Notes under the pieces: model-generated
What the model was told of the DNA's origin: nothing
Database searches by the model: none
The model's input: the letters and a program-made list of their open reading frames with translations, nothing else
Made by a program: the position numbers and the translations under genes
Assembly (NCBI GenBank): GCA_029007825.1
Contig: JAQXIO010000019.1
Coordinates: 1,259 to 65,258 of the forward strand
From: Bacteroidales bacterium
Lineage (GTDB): Bacteria; Bacteroidota; Bacteroidia; Bacteroidales; JAQXIO01
DNA length: 64,000 bases
Direction of reading: 5' to 3'
Shown here: one piece after another, positions 32,027 through 42,307 of the stretch
Numbering within the stretch: position 1 is the stretch's first letter
Layout: each line of letters starts with the position of its first letter

Positions 32027-32658
32027 TTGAGGCTCTTGAAAAGTATATTCTTGAACATAGCGATCCGGAAGAAGAGCTTTTGCAGAAAATGGTTCGTGAT
32101 GCCCACGTCAATTTATTACGACCCAGAATGGTTTCCGGACATTTGCAGGGTCTTTTTCTTAAATTATTTTGCAGGGCGGTTAATGCCCGAAGGATTTTGG
32201 AGATAGGCACTTATACGGGTTATGCCACGATTGCTATGGCAGAAGCGTTGGATGAAAACGGATATATCGATACAATAGAGATTGACGATGAGATGGAGCC
32301 TTTTATCCAACGGTATTTTTCTTCTTTTCCGGCACGGGAAAAAATACGTTTGCATATTGGCGATGCGGTAGATATTATACCGAAACTGAACAATGACGAA
32401 TATGATCTTGTTTTCATAGATGCTGATAAAAGAATCTATAATACGTATTACGACCTGGTTTTTGATAAGGTGCGGAAAGGCGGAATTATTTTGGCCGACA
32501 ATACGTTATGGGATGGAAAGGTTCTGGAGAAGCCGTCGCCGTCTGACAAACAGACAATCGGGATATTACAGTTTAATGACCGTGTGGCTTCCGATACGCG
32601 TGTAGAAAAAATGATTCTTCCTTTACGGGATGGATTGACGATAATATGGAAAAAATAA
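32023..32658 (+). CDS. Class I SAM-dependent O-methyltransferase (caffeoyl-CoA OMT-like)
   Basis: 211 aa. ILEIGTYTGYAT (motif I) and LVFIDADK. ATGA overlap with the pyk stop. Confidence 0.8.
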   Translation: MIEALEKYILEHSDPEEELLQKMVRDAHVNLLRPRMVSGHLQGLFLKLFCRAVNARRILEIGTYTGYATIAMAEALDENGYIDTIEIDDEMEPFIQRYFSSFPAREKIRLHIGDAVDIIPKLNNDEYDLVFIDADKRIYNTYYDLVFDKVRKGGIILADNTLWDGKVLEKPSPSDKQTIGILQFNDRVASDTRVEKMILPLRDGLTIIWKK

Positions 32659-32670
32659 AAAGTGAATGTT

Positions 32671-33006
32671 ATGGAAGGTACCAGATTGTTAAGAATAGGA
32701 CGTTTATTGCAAAAGGAGATCGGTGATATTTTTTTGCAGGAGACCAGAGCAATGCAAGGTGTGCTGATCTCTGTATCTGCGGTAAGGGTCAGTGCGGATT
32801 TAAGCGTGGCAAAAGTTTATCTGAGTATTTTCCCTTCAGATAAGGCAAATGATTTGCTCGAATCGATCCGTACCAATGTGAAATCGATCCGGTTTGATCT
32901 CGGACAGCGTGTCCGTACGCAATTGAGAAAGATTCCTGAATTGGTTTTTTATCTGGACGATTCGCTCGATTATATCGAAAATATTGATAATCTGCTTAAA
33001 AAATAG
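32671..33006 (+). CDS. rbfA: Ribosome-binding factor A
   Basis: RIGRLLQKEIGDIF and VSADLSVAKVYLS, typical of RbfA. The track uses GTG 32662; ATG 32671 is equally possible. Confidence 0.85.
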   Translation: MEGTRLLRIGRLLQKEIGDIFLQETRAMQGVLISVSAVRVSADLSVAKVYLSIFPSDKANDLLESIRTNVKSIRFDLGQRVRTQLRKIPELVFYLDDSLDYIENIDNLLKK

Positions 33007-33012
33007 AGGTCG

Positions 33013-34239
33013 TTGAAGTTTTCTTTTTATGTTGCATTGCGGTATTTATTTTCAAAGAAATCGCATAATGCTATAAATCTGATATCATTAGTGTCGGTCA
33101 TCGGAATTGCTATTGCTTCGATGGCGCTGGTTTGTACTTTGTCTGTGTACAATGGATTCAACGATTTGATATCTTCCCTTTTTTCGACGTTTGATCCGGA
33201 TCTTAAGATTACGCCTGAAAAGGGAAAGACATTCGTTTTACCGGATGAGTTTATGCGAACTTTGACTTTGTTAGAAGGTGTGGAAACGATATCGCCTGTA
33301 ATAGAAGGGAATGTACTGGTAAAGTATAATGACAGGCAGGTACCGGCAATTATAAAGGGGGTTGCCGACAATTTTGCGGAGACGACAAAGATTGACAGTA
33401 TTCTTTTGGACGGGACTTTCGTTTTAAAGGATGAGATTGTTAATTATGCTAATTTTGGGGCCGGTCTTGCTTCTTTGCTGGGAGTTAGGTCTGGGTTCGT
33501 ATATCCCGTAGAGCTTTATGTGCCGAAGCGTAATGCAACGGTCAATTTATTGCAGCCGGCTTCTTCTTTTTCAATGGAAGCGGCTTATATAGGGGCTGTA
33601 TTTGCTACAAATCAGCAGGTTTATGATGACCAGTATATGCTTGTTCCGCTCGAGCTTACCCGTACGTTGTTCGATTATGACAAAGAAATAACGGCATTGG
33701 AAATAAAAGCGAAAAAGGGTACGGATATTCCGACTCTTCAGAAAGAGATAAAAAATTTGTTGGGCGGAGAGTATGTGGTGAAGGATCGTTACCAGCAACA
33801 GGAGACGTCATTTAAAATGATGAAAATCGAAAAATGGATTACTTATCTTACTCTTTCTTTTATTTTAATGATTGCTATTTTTAATGTTGTCGGTTCTCTT
33901 TCTATGCTGATTATAGAGAAAAAAAACGATGCAGCGACTTTGCGGAGTCTTGGGGCTGATAAAAGTCTGATATCTTCTATTTTTTTGTTGGAAGGCTGGC
34001 TGATTTCTTTATTCGGTGCTTTATTAGGAATAATAAGCGGGGTCTTACTTTGTTTGGCTCAATCTTATTTCGGCTTGCTGAGGTTGAGTTCCGTATCGGG
34101 TACGTTTGTAATCGACGCTTATCCTGTACGTGTGGATTTTATGGATATATTCTATATTCTTCTTACCGTTCTTTTCTTCGGCTGGTTCTCTGCATGGTAT
34201 CCGGTCCGTTATGCGTTGAAGAGCCATAGTATCGGATAA
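33013..34239 (+). CDS. FtsX-like (LolC/LolE-type) ABC transporter permease
   Basis: 408 aa. The conserved N-terminus MKFSFYVALRYLFSKKSHN begins at a TTG codon (33013). One TM, a periplasmic domain, then three C-terminal TM helices. Confidence 0.8.
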   Translation: MKFSFYVALRYLFSKKSHNAINLISLVSVIGIAIASMALVCTLSVYNGFNDLISSLFSTFDPDLKITPEKGKTFVLPDEFMRTLTLLEGVETISPVIEGNVLVKYNDRQVPAIIKGVADNFAETTKIDSILLDGTFVLKDEIVNYANFGAGLASLLGVRSGFVYPVELYVPKRNATVNLLQPASSFSMEAAYIGAVFATNQQVYDDQYMLVPLELTRTLFDYDKEITALEIKAKKGTDIPTLQKEIKNLLGGEYVVKDRYQQQETSFKMMKIEKWITYLTLSFILMIAIFNVVGSLSMLIIEKKNDAATLRSLGADKSLISSIFLLEGWLISLFGALLGIISGVLLCLAQSYFGLLRLSSVSGTFVIDAYPVRVDFMDIFYILLTVLFFGWFSAWYPVRYALKSHSIG

Positions 34240-34313
34240 ATATTAAAAGTTTACGTTCTTGCCAGATCGCAATCAAAAGCGTAACTTCGCAATCGATTTT
34301 GATTATATGACAA

Positions 34314-35822
34314 ATGCAACGTAAATTACTTTTAATCATTCTGTTGGTCATTTCTCAGACCATTTGCTCAATAGCACAGGTAACCCCAAAAAGAGAGTTC
34401 CGCGGCGTATGGATGCATACAATAGCCCAATCTCAATATAAGGACCTTCCCACAGCAAAATTAAAGCAATATCTTATCGAGGCTCTTGATTATTTCAAGG
34501 CATGTAATATGAATGCCGTTATATTTCAGGTACGTCCTCAGGCAGATGCCTTTTATGAATCATCTCTGGAACCTTGGAGCCGTTATCTGACGGGTGTACA
34601 GGGACAGGCTCCCGAGCCGTATTTCGATCCTATGGCTTTCATGATAGAGGAGTGTCATAAGAGAGGCCTTGAGTTTCATGCCTGGCTGAATCCTTACCGG
34701 GTGAGTAGTTCAGAAAGTCAGGAACTGGCGAATTCTCATATTTACCATCAACATCCCGAATGGTTTGTGAAGTATGGAAAGCAGCTTTATTTCGATCCCG
34801 GCATCCCGGAAAGCCGGCGTTTTATCCGTAGGGTGGTTCGTGATATAGTAAGCCGTTATGATGTCGATGCAATCCATATGGACGATTATTTTTATCCTTA
34901 TCCTGTTGCCGGACTGAATTTCCCTGACGGAGAGAGCTTTGCCCAATACGGAGGAAAATATTATCCTGACAGAATAGGGGATTGGCGCAGAAATAATGTA
35001 AATCTGCTTATAGAGGAATTGAAGACGACTATTTTGCTAACGAAGCCTTGGGTACGTTTTGGTATAAGTCCTTTCGGGATATACCGGAATAAGAAAAACA
35101 GTACGAACGGTTCGGAAACAAATGGTCTTCAAAATTATGACGATTTGTATGCGGATATAAAATTATGGGTAAAGAATCAATGGATAGATTATAATATACC
35201 ACAAATATATTGGGAGATAGGGCATAAAGCTGCCGATTATGAAACGTTGATAAAGTGGTGGGATAAAAACAATTATGGTGGTCACTTGTACATCGGACAG
35301 GATGTCGTACGAACCATGAAGGCTCCGGATCTTAAATACTCCAGTCGTAATCAGCTTACCCGTAAAATGGAACTGGAAAGATCTCTTCCGAATGTCCATG
35401 GCAATTGTTGGTGGCCGGGTTATGAGGTATGGAAAAATACGGGAGGCGTGGCAGATAGTCTTTTCGATCATTATCAGAAATATCCGGCTCTTATTCCTGC
35501 TTATACCCATATGCACGATAAGGCCCCCAAAGAGGTGCGGAAAATGAAAACTAAATGGACCGAGAAGGGCTATATGCTGTCATGGCAGACCAAAGGTAAG
35601 CGCTCTAACCCTGAGAATGCTCAGTATTTTGTCGTTTACCGTTTTCCCGCCAAAGGCAAGGCAGACCTTTCCGATCCGTCGAAGATCGTGGCGATAACAC
35701 GTGATCCGTATTATCTTATGCCGTACAAGAAAGGGGAGAGGAAATATAAATATGTTGTTACTGCCGTCGATCGTTTTCATAACGAATCAACGAAGGGGAA
35801 AAGCAAAAAGGTAAAGCTTTAA
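34314..35822 (+). CDS. Glycoside-hydrolase-like family 10 (GHL10 / YngK-type) secreted protein
   Basis: 502 aa. Signal peptide, then REFRGVWMHT...AVIFQVRPQADAFY...AWLNPYR...IHMDDYFYP, matching the TIM-barrel GHL10 pattern recalled from memory. Confidence 0.65.
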   Translation: MQRKLLLIILLVISQTICSIAQVTPKREFRGVWMHTIAQSQYKDLPTAKLKQYLIEALDYFKACNMNAVIFQVRPQADAFYESSLEPWSRYLTGVQGQAPEPYFDPMAFMIEECHKRGLEFHAWLNPYRVSSSESQELANSHIYHQHPEWFVKYGKQLYFDPGIPESRRFIRRVVRDIVSRYDVDAIHMDDYFYPYPVAGLNFPDGESFAQYGGKYYPDRIGDWRRNNVNLLIEELKTTILLTKPWVRFGISPFGIYRNKKNSTNGSETNGLQNYDDLYADIKLWVKNQWIDYNIPQIYWEIGHKAADYETLIKWWDKNNYGGHLYIGQDVVRTMKAPDLKYSSRNQLTRKMELERSLPNVHGNCWWPGYEVWKNTGGVADSLFDHYQKYPALIPAYTHMHDKAPKEVRKMKTKWTEKGYMLSWQTKGKRSNPENAQYFVVYRFPAKGKADLSDPSKIVAITRDPYYLMPYKKGERKYKYVVTAVDRFHNESTKGKSKKVKL

Positions 35823-36343
35823 TAAATAATCATTCCAATTATTCCTGTTAACACGATCATCAGAATGGGATGTATCCGTGTAAACATAGAGAGTATAAAA
35901 GCTCCGAAAAATAAGATGTAGCTTGAGTAGTCGAAAAAGGTTTCTTTATTCATCAGATAAAGAGCTGCTGAGGCTATCAAACCTACCGTTACGGGTTTGA
36001 GTGCATGAAAAAAACGTTCTACATAGCGGTTTTCTTGGAACTTAGCCAGATAATAACTTATTAACAATACTAATATAAATGAAGGAAGACATACGGCAAA
36101 GGTGGCGATAATCGCACCCCAAACATTTCCTGTTGCCGTGTAGCCGATGTATGTAGCGCTATTGATACCGATCGGACCCGGTGTCATTTGCGAGATAGCT
36201 ACGATATCGGTAAATTGCTGGTCGGTTATCCATTTATAGCGTTCTACAACTTCAAACTGGATCAGTGAAAGTAAAGCATATCCTCCACCGAAACCGAAAA
36301 GGCCGATTTTTATGTAAACCAAAAAGAGTTGAAAATAAATCAT
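35819..36343 (-). CDS. Chromate transporter family protein (short-chain CHR, second half)
   Basis: Track ORF 35819..36436. Start MIYFQLFLVYIKIGLFGFGGGYA (ATG 36343), which overlaps the upstream stop as ATGA. Confidence 0.8.
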   Translation of the reverse strand: MIYFQLFLVYIKIGLFGFGGGYALLSLIQFEVVERYKWITDQQFTDIVAISQMTPGPIGINSATYIGYTATGNVWGAIIATFAVCLPSFILVLLISYYLAKFQENRYVERFFHALKPVTVGLIASAALYLMNKETFFDYSSYILFFGAFILSMFTRIHPILMIVLTGIIGMIIY

Positions 36344-36888
36344 TGCTTTAATTTTCTTTGTCTGTACCAGTAAAGAGCTATGGAGCCGATTCCCATTACG
36401 AGAATAATAATGATGGGAGAGACTCCGAAACTCCATATCAGAATGGCCGTTAAAATCGCTATCGTTACATTATAAGGGGTGAAGCCGATCTTTTTTATGG
36501 CATTTACCATGGGGACGGCAATCAGTGCTATTACAGCGGGTCTTACTCCCATAAAAAATCGTTTTACCCACATATTGTCTTCAATGTGGGCGAAAGATAT
36601 GGCAATTGCCAGAATAATTATAAATGAAGGTAAGATGGTGCCTAAAGCTGCAGCAACGGCTCCTTTTACTCCTTTTACTTTATATCCTACAAAGACCGAA
36701 ATATTTACAGCCCAGATACCGGGAAGAGATTGAGCAAGGGAGAGAACATCCAGAAACCCTTCCGATGTGATCCATTTCCGTCGTTCGATGACTTCTCTTT
36801 CGACCAGAGGGATCATGGCATAACCTCCTCCTATGGTAAAGCCTCCTATTTTGACGAATGTAGTGAAAAGACTGAGTAATGACCCCAT
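36340..36888 (-). CDS. Chromate transporter family protein (short-chain CHR, first half)
   Basis: Track ORF 36340..36954. Start MGSLLSLFTTFVKIGGFTIGGGYAMIP (ATG 36888). Confidence 0.8.
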   Translation of the reverse strand: MGSLLSLFTTFVKIGGFTIGGGYAMIPLVEREVIERRKWITSEGFLDVLSLAQSLPGIWAVNISVFVGYKVKGVKGAVAAALGTILPSFIIILAIAISFAHIEDNMWVKRFFMGVRPAVIALIAVPMVNAIKKIGFTPYNVTIAILTAILIWSFGVSPIIIILVMGIGSIALYWYRQRKLKQ

Positions 36889-37036
36889 TTTGCAGCAAAC
36901 ATTAAGTTTTTTGGAATTTCTTTCATATAAAAATTCTATTCTTACCGATTCCACAAACAGATATTTTGGTGTTTGCGGAATGGAGAATAGAATTTCCTGT
37001 AAATTCTTTTCAGAGCCTAAAGTTACAAAAAACTTT

Positions 37037-38104
37037 TTATCTCTGCTTTCTGACAGAACGTACCGGCATTGCAGCTTTCGGTGCTTTTGATTTTGGCGCT
37101 TTTGCTTCTTTTACCTTCTGGTTACTGCTTTTTGAAGCAGAAGAACGGGAACTGCCTCTACCCCTTGAAGCTGTTGCTTTTTCGGCTTTATCCGAACCTT
37201 CTTTGCTTATCTCTGTTGTATCGGCTTTTGTCGTCCATAAAGATTCTTCAAAACTTACAAGCTCTTTTTCTATACGTTCCTGCTCTGCTTTTAGCGCTTC
37301 TTCATTTTCACAGTATTGCATAAGAGGGCGGTTCATCAGATTGGCAACTTTGAAGATTTCTCCTTTGAACATTCTTTTCCGGAAGTAATCGTCCAATGTG
37401 AGAATTTTCGCATTGTTCAGGTTGGATGTCATAACCGGATTTTTGGATATGTACGGACGAATGCTTTCATAAGTAAACCAGAACATCGGATAACGTGTTG
37501 CTTCTCCTCCGAAATCGCCTGTTCTGAAAAGAATAGGACATATGGAGATGATCTGAGAATTATAAGTAGATGTTTTCTGGTCGAAGAACCATACCTCTTT
37601 CATATAATAGCCCAACACTTCTTCAGATGGAATATCGCTGTTGTCTATTTCGATCGATACGGATTTACTGTTTTTTACCGGTTCTTCTTTGTAGAGAATA
37701 TTAAACCGGTCAAGAATATCTTTTAGGTTCGATTTGTATTGGTCTGTAAATTCCTCATATCCGTCTATATATTCGTAGGCCGGTATTTTACCTTGTGCCA
37801 TCAACCGGAATAAAGTCGTGAATAAATTCATTTCCGTTGCCGTAGGCTGAGCAGGATAATAAAGAGGTGTATTTTTTTCCTCTTTCAGGTCGATAAACCG
37901 ATAAACAATCCTTTTCCAAGGTGCCTGGTCGATATTGACTGTTAACTGATCGTTCATCGCCTGGGCACGGACGGTAAGTTCGGAATTCTTGTCTTCCTTT
38001 TTATTACGGTTGCGAGAAGTTCGTTCCTGTTCTTCCTGTGCAATTAAATTGCCGGTGAGAAATGGAAACAATAGAATCGGAATTATGTATTTAAGAATTC
38101 TCAT
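37037..38104 (-). CDS. gldN: Type IX secretion / gliding protein GldN (PorN)
   Basis: 355 aa. Signal peptide; WKRIVYRFIDLKEEKNTPLYYP matches the GldN pattern. It is the last gene of the gldKLMN block. The C-terminus has a Lys/Ser/Ala-rich tail. Confidence 0.85.
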   Translation of the reverse strand: MRILKYIIPILLFPFLTGNLIAQEEQERTSRNRNKKEDKNSELTVRAQAMNDQLTVNIDQAPWKRIVYRFIDLKEEKNTPLYYPAQPTATEMNLFTTLFRLMAQGKIPAYEYIDGYEEFTDQYKSNLKDILDRFNILYKEEPVKNSKSVSIEIDNSDIPSEEVLGYYMKEVWFFDQKTSTYNSQIISICPILFRTGDFGGEATRYPMFWFTYESIRPYISKNPVMTSNLNNAKILTLDDYFRKRMFKGEIFKVANLMNRPLMQYCENEEALKAEQERIEKELVSFEESLWTTKADTTEISKEGSDKAEKATASRGRGSSRSSASKSSNQKVKEAKAPKSKAPKAAMPVRSVRKQR

Positions 38105-38121
38105 GATGATATTTCTTTTTC

Positions 38122-39741
38122 TTAATTTACAATTACTTCAATAGTTGGGATAGTACGTTCGATTCCGTCAGGACCTTTGGCAACCACACGTGAAATATAG
38201 AAACGTTTTCCTTTGGAAAGACGACGTATATAATCTTTTTGGCGTTGGGAAAAAGTTGAGCCTTCCGATATTTCGGGGATCGCATTTCCCATGGAGTCGA
38301 AGAACGTGGTTTCAAACCGTAAAACCGTATAATTTACATTGAGTAAATCGTCGTCTATTGCGGCCTTGATTCCTTCGGCTGCAATCAGACTTGATTTGGC
38401 AAAGGCTCCACCTTTAAATTTCCGGACATTTCCGTTTGCGTCCTTATATTCTATATAGGGAAGCGGATCGGGAAGGGCACGTACGCGGAAGGCGGTTTTT
38501 GCCATTTCTTGTGTTCGCCCGTCCGGCATTTTTGCCGTTACGCTGATTATAGCTTCTTGTCCTACTTTTGAAGGGCGTGCAGACCATACGTCTCCGTTAC
38601 GTGTTAACGTTCCGTTCGTCATGGTTGCAGATACGTTCGGTCCGGCAAAACCCGGAACGGCGATTTTGATGGGGTTTTCAATTCCTGCGTATAATACATT
38701 CATCATAGTAGGAGCGATGGTTGCATTTGGCTCTACTACGATGTATTCGCTTTCGAATTCCCGCTTCATAACGCTTCCGTCCCCGCGCGTAACTTCCATG
38801 TAACCTTTTATAGGGAAAGTACCTGTAGAAGAAGTTCCTACCTGAAAAAGACCTTTTTGTGAAGTCGGAAGTTCTCTTCCGTTAACGAATATTTTCGGAC
38901 GTTGTGTAGAGTCCTCGGCCGATAGTACCAGATTGGCACTGTATTGTCCTCCACGAACAACCACGTGTGACTGAGGAATGACGTATGCTTTAATCTGATT
39001 GACACGGAAATCTCCGACATCAATATTGTCGATCAAATTCGAAAGTACCTCTCCTTCTGCGTAACGGATATCACTTTGTAATTTCGATAAAATAGTAATT
39101 GCGCTTACCACAGGAACGTTCTCAAACATGACTTCCTGCCAGTTTTTATTTAAAGTCGAGTTTTTCCTTGATATGTCGGTGCTTAATGAGGATTGGATAA
39201 TACGTCGTTTAGTCGTATCCGGAATCATTGCGGCAACAGTTTCCCGGTAATAATCGATTGCTTTCTTCAACTGGGCTCCCTGTGCTTTTCCTTCCGTATA
39301 ATCGAAAAGTGTTTTCGGTTGTTGTTCCGTAATGCCTTTTAAGGCGGGTGAAAGCATAATGACAGATGCGGCTTCCAGATCGTCTTTTCTCCGGATATCG
39401 TTTATATTTCCGTCTTCACCGTCCGCACGTTTTACAATGCTTTCTTTTAACGTTTGTGCATAAAGAAAGAGGGAGTCGGATAGCTCTTTTACTTTTTTTC
39501 CGTGCTCGTACCATACCTCCGTTTTTTCGGGATTGGTCTGGTAGTATTGTTCCAGCTCACCGAAAACAATCGCGTTGCGGTTGGTTCCGATTTCTGTTGA
39601 ATTGCGAAGGCTCTCATCTACCAGTTCGAATCCGTTCAGTACCTCGGACGAAACGTTCAGCGCCATCATGGCGATGAAGACCAGGTACATAAGATTGATC
39701 ATCTTCTGGCGTGGGGAGTTTGCTCTATTTGCTGATGACAT
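38122..39741 (-). CDS. gldM: Type IX secretion / gliding protein GldM (PorM)
   Basis: 539 aa. N-terminal [22 protein letters not shown] is the canonical GldM TM helix, followed by a long periplasmic region. Confidence 0.9.
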   Translation of the reverse strand: MSSANRANSPRQKMINLMYLVFIAMMALNVSSEVLNGFELVDESLRNSTEIGTNRNAIVFGELEQYYQTNPEKTEVWYEHGKKVKELSDSLFLYAQTLKESIVKRADGEDGNINDIRRKDDLEAASVIMLSPALKGITEQQPKTLFDYTEGKAQGAQLKKAIDYYRETVAAMIPDTTKRRIIQSSLSTDISRKNSTLNKNWQEVMFENVPVVSAITILSKLQSDIRYAEGEVLSNLIDNIDVGDFRVNQIKAYVIPQSHVVVRGGQYSANLVLSAEDSTQRPKIFVNGRELPTSQKGLFQVGTSSTGTFPIKGYMEVTRGDGSVMKREFESEYIVVEPNATIAPTMMNVLYAGIENPIKIAVPGFAGPNVSATMTNGTLTRNGDVWSARPSKVGQEAIISVTAKMPDGRTQEMAKTAFRVRALPDPLPYIEYKDANGNVRKFKGGAFAKSSLIAAEGIKAAIDDDLLNVNYTVLRFETTFFDSMGNAIPEISEGSTFSQRQKDYIRRLSKGKRFYISRVVAKGPDGIERTIPTIEVIVN

Positions 39742-39755
39742 AGTCTAAATCGGTC

Positions 39756-40862
39756 TTATTTTTCTGTTGGGTTCTGAACATTCTGATAACCTCCGCCATA
39801 CATCGGATTTGCACCGGATGTCATGGCGTTGAGCAATCGGGCATAGATGTTGTTAAGGGCTGCCAGTTGCTGAGCCATTTTTTCCGTTTCGCTTTTAAAT
39901 ACGGAACTATCTGTGATGGATCCGTCATAAAGATCCCGGATACGGCTGAGTCCGCCGTTGATTCGTTCAATCGTATCGATTTGCGAACTGATACTTTTAA
40001 GTTGGATTTCATAGATGGTATTCAACCCTGAAATATTTCTGTTAAGAGATTCCATCTGGTGGATATATCCGTAGGAATTGGATTGAATGTTTTCGGAATT
40101 ATCTACCACATGCTGATAAGAGTCGAGCAGTATGCTGGATGCATCGGTAAGAGAATTTGTCACTTCTCCGAACCGTTGCATATTAGAGGCCATTTCGTTT
40201 AATTGAGACATGCATTGTTGTGTAGCTTCGGTCAACTCGCTCATTTTAGAAAGTTGTTCGGCTGCTGCCGAAAGTTTCTTGATGCTATCCGAAAGATTTT
40301 TCGTGTCTTCTTCGGAGACATTCATTTGAGGAGGTATATTGATAACAGGAGCTCCACTGCCTCCTGATATAGTCCCGTTACCTATTTCTCCACTATAATT
40401 ACCAACTCCGCCACCGGAGAATCCTCCTCCGATGAAAGCTCCACCGATGTTTCCTATCGCACCCGGATTTGCACCATTCTGGGCTTTTAAAGCTTCGAGA
40501 GCTTCCGGCGATAAGTCTGCTTGTCCACCTCCGATAACAACGGTGCCGTTAGGGCCACTTTCACCGCTGCCGAATTGAGGCCTTTCATTCGGATCCTTAC
40601 TGTTTAAGACAGGGAAAACTTCTTCCCAGCTATATTCTTTAGTCGGTTTTTCAAATGCAGAGATGAAGAATACAAAAAATTCGGTCATCATACCGATAAA
40701 AAGCATCTGGTTACCGAACGGTAAGTGTAAAAGCTTAAACAGTGCACCTAAGATTACGATAGAAGCGCCCCAGCTATAAAAGAAACTGAATAATCTTTTA
40801 CCTTTCTCACTTGATAGAAAATGTTCTAATCTGTTTTTATATTTTTTATATTGCTTTTTCAT
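39756..40862 (-). CDS. gldL: Type IX secretion / gliding motor protein GldL (PorL)
   Basis: 368 aa. Two N-terminal TM helices, the second carrying a Glu (MMTEFFVFF). A coiled cytoplasmic C-terminus follows, with a Gly-rich insert between. Confidence 0.85.
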   Translation of the reverse strand: MKKQYKKYKNRLEHFLSSEKGKRLFSFFYSWGASIVILGALFKLLHLPFGNQMLFIGMMTEFFVFFISAFEKPTKEYSWEEVFPVLNSKDPNERPQFGSGESGPNGTVVIGGGQADLSPEALEALKAQNGANPGAIGNIGGAFIGGGFSGGGVGNYSGEIGNGTISGGSGAPVINIPPQMNVSEEDTKNLSDSIKKLSAAAEQLSKMSELTEATQQCMSQLNEMASNMQRFGEVTNSLTDASSILLDSYQHVVDNSENIQSNSYGYIHQMESLNRNISGLNTIYEIQLKSISSQIDTIERINGGLSRIRDLYDGSITDSSVFKSETEKMAQQLAALNNIYARLLNAMTSGANPMYGGGYQNVQNPTEK

Positions 40863-40891
40863 AGTCGTTGGCTATTTAATATCGTTATTGT

Positions 40892-42304
40892 TTACTTTTT
40901 TCCAAATCCTAAGTGAGTTCGTACACATCTGAATCCGATGTAAGAGCGTGTTTCATTTTGAAATTCAGCGCTGCGCATATCCGAGCGGATAAAAGTTCCC
41001 ACATCTTTCCATGAGCCGCCTCTTACAACTTTACGTTTCATAGAATAGGGGTCTTCTTTTGCTGCATCATAACGGAAATCGGGATTTAAATCGCTCATTA
41101 AACTGGGTCCGGATTCCGAATAAGAGGTGGATGTCCATTCTGCCACGTTTCCGGCCATATCGTAAAGCCCAAATTCATTCGGAGAGTATGAGCCTACCCT
41201 TGAGGTAATGAGATTACCATCTTTGGTATAATTCCCCTTGTCTGGCTTGTAGTTTCCGAGAAAACAACCTTTGGTGCTTTGCATGCCTTCTTGCATCCAG
41301 GGAAACTTCCGGTCGTTTTTTCCTGCCCGTGCGGCATATTCCCATTCTCCTTCCGACGGCAGGCGGAACGGTTCTATGATTTGCCCGGCTTTGAGGTTCA
41401 ACGTTTGTTTCATATAAGCCGTGCGCCATACGCAAAATGCGGTAGCCTGTTCCCAGGAAACACCGACTACAGGATAGTCGTTATAGCCCGGATGAGAGAA
41501 ATACATCCGAACATATGGTTCGTTGTATGAATTGTTGAAGTCATTCACCCAGCAGGTTTCATCCGGATAGATGTTAACAATCCGTGTATGGAGGAAGTCG
41601 TGAAGGCCTGTCAGCGGACGGGTTATCGTTTCGTTGATAATTTGTCCATCTTCATTAATGTAGGCAGTGTCTTTTGAAATCATAATGACTTCGTCCGGAT
41701 TTGCCGGAATATCTGTATTCCGGTTTCTTAAGGCCGGATCGAGATTGTATTTGCGCAAAGAGGCTGAAGTCTGGTCGAACCATTCGTAGCGAAAATTCAT
41801 TTGTTTTTCGTCCAAACGTTTTTCACCGGTGATGGGATGAATGTAATAAACACTTTCGATAGCGCGTAATTCATCTTCATTCGGTTTTTTCCAAGGAATG
41901 GGACGAGCCCAGTTCAAGTAAGGCTTGATAGGCTCCCCTAAAGCATCTTCCTGTATTTTGAATAGATCGTTACCTCCGAATGAAGGGTCTGCTAAACGTT
42001 CGCGGATAATAGAATCCCGTACCCAGTAAACGAACTGACGGTATTTGGCATTGGTTATTTCTGTTTCGTCCATCCAGAAAGAGCTGAATGAGACCTCTTT
42101 TTGTGCTTTGTCAATGCCCCAGAGTGAATCGCTTTCAGAAGGTCCCATACTGAATGAACCTTGTTTGATCAGAACCATGCCGTAAGGGGCTGGCTCATTC
42201 CATGCCACGGCATTTACTCCGGTAAGTTCTCCCCCCGGGCGGCTCGATTTGCCACATCCGGTAAGAAGCGTGATTACAACTATAAATAACAAGATTTTTT
42301 TCAT
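40892..42304 (-). CDS. gldK: Type IX secretion / gliding lipoprotein GldK (PorK), FGE-sulfatase fold
   Basis: 470 aa. Lipobox LLTGCG, then SUMF1/FGE-like motifs (YDMAGNVAEW, VVRGGSW, GFRCV). Confidence 0.9.
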   Translation of the reverse strand: MKKILLFIVVITLLTGCGKSSRPGGELTGVNAVAWNEPAPYGMVLIKQGSFSMGPSESDSLWGIDKAQKEVSFSSFWMDETEITNAKYRQFVYWVRDSIIRERLADPSFGGNDLFKIQEDALGEPIKPYLNWARPIPWKKPNEDELRAIESVYYIHPITGEKRLDEKQMNFRYEWFDQTSASLRKYNLDPALRNRNTDIPANPDEVIMISKDTAYINEDGQIINETITRPLTGLHDFLHTRIVNIYPDETCWVNDFNNSYNEPYVRMYFSHPGYNDYPVVGVSWEQATAFCVWRTAYMKQTLNLKAGQIIEPFRLPSEGEWEYAARAGKNDRKFPWMQEGMQSTKGCFLGNYKPDKGNYTKDGNLITSRVGSYSPNEFGLYDMAGNVAEWTSTSYSESGPSLMSDLNPDFRYDAAKEDPYSMKRKVVRGGSWKDVGTFIRSDMRSAEFQNETRSYIGFRCVRTHLGFGKK

Positions 42305-42307
42305 ATC

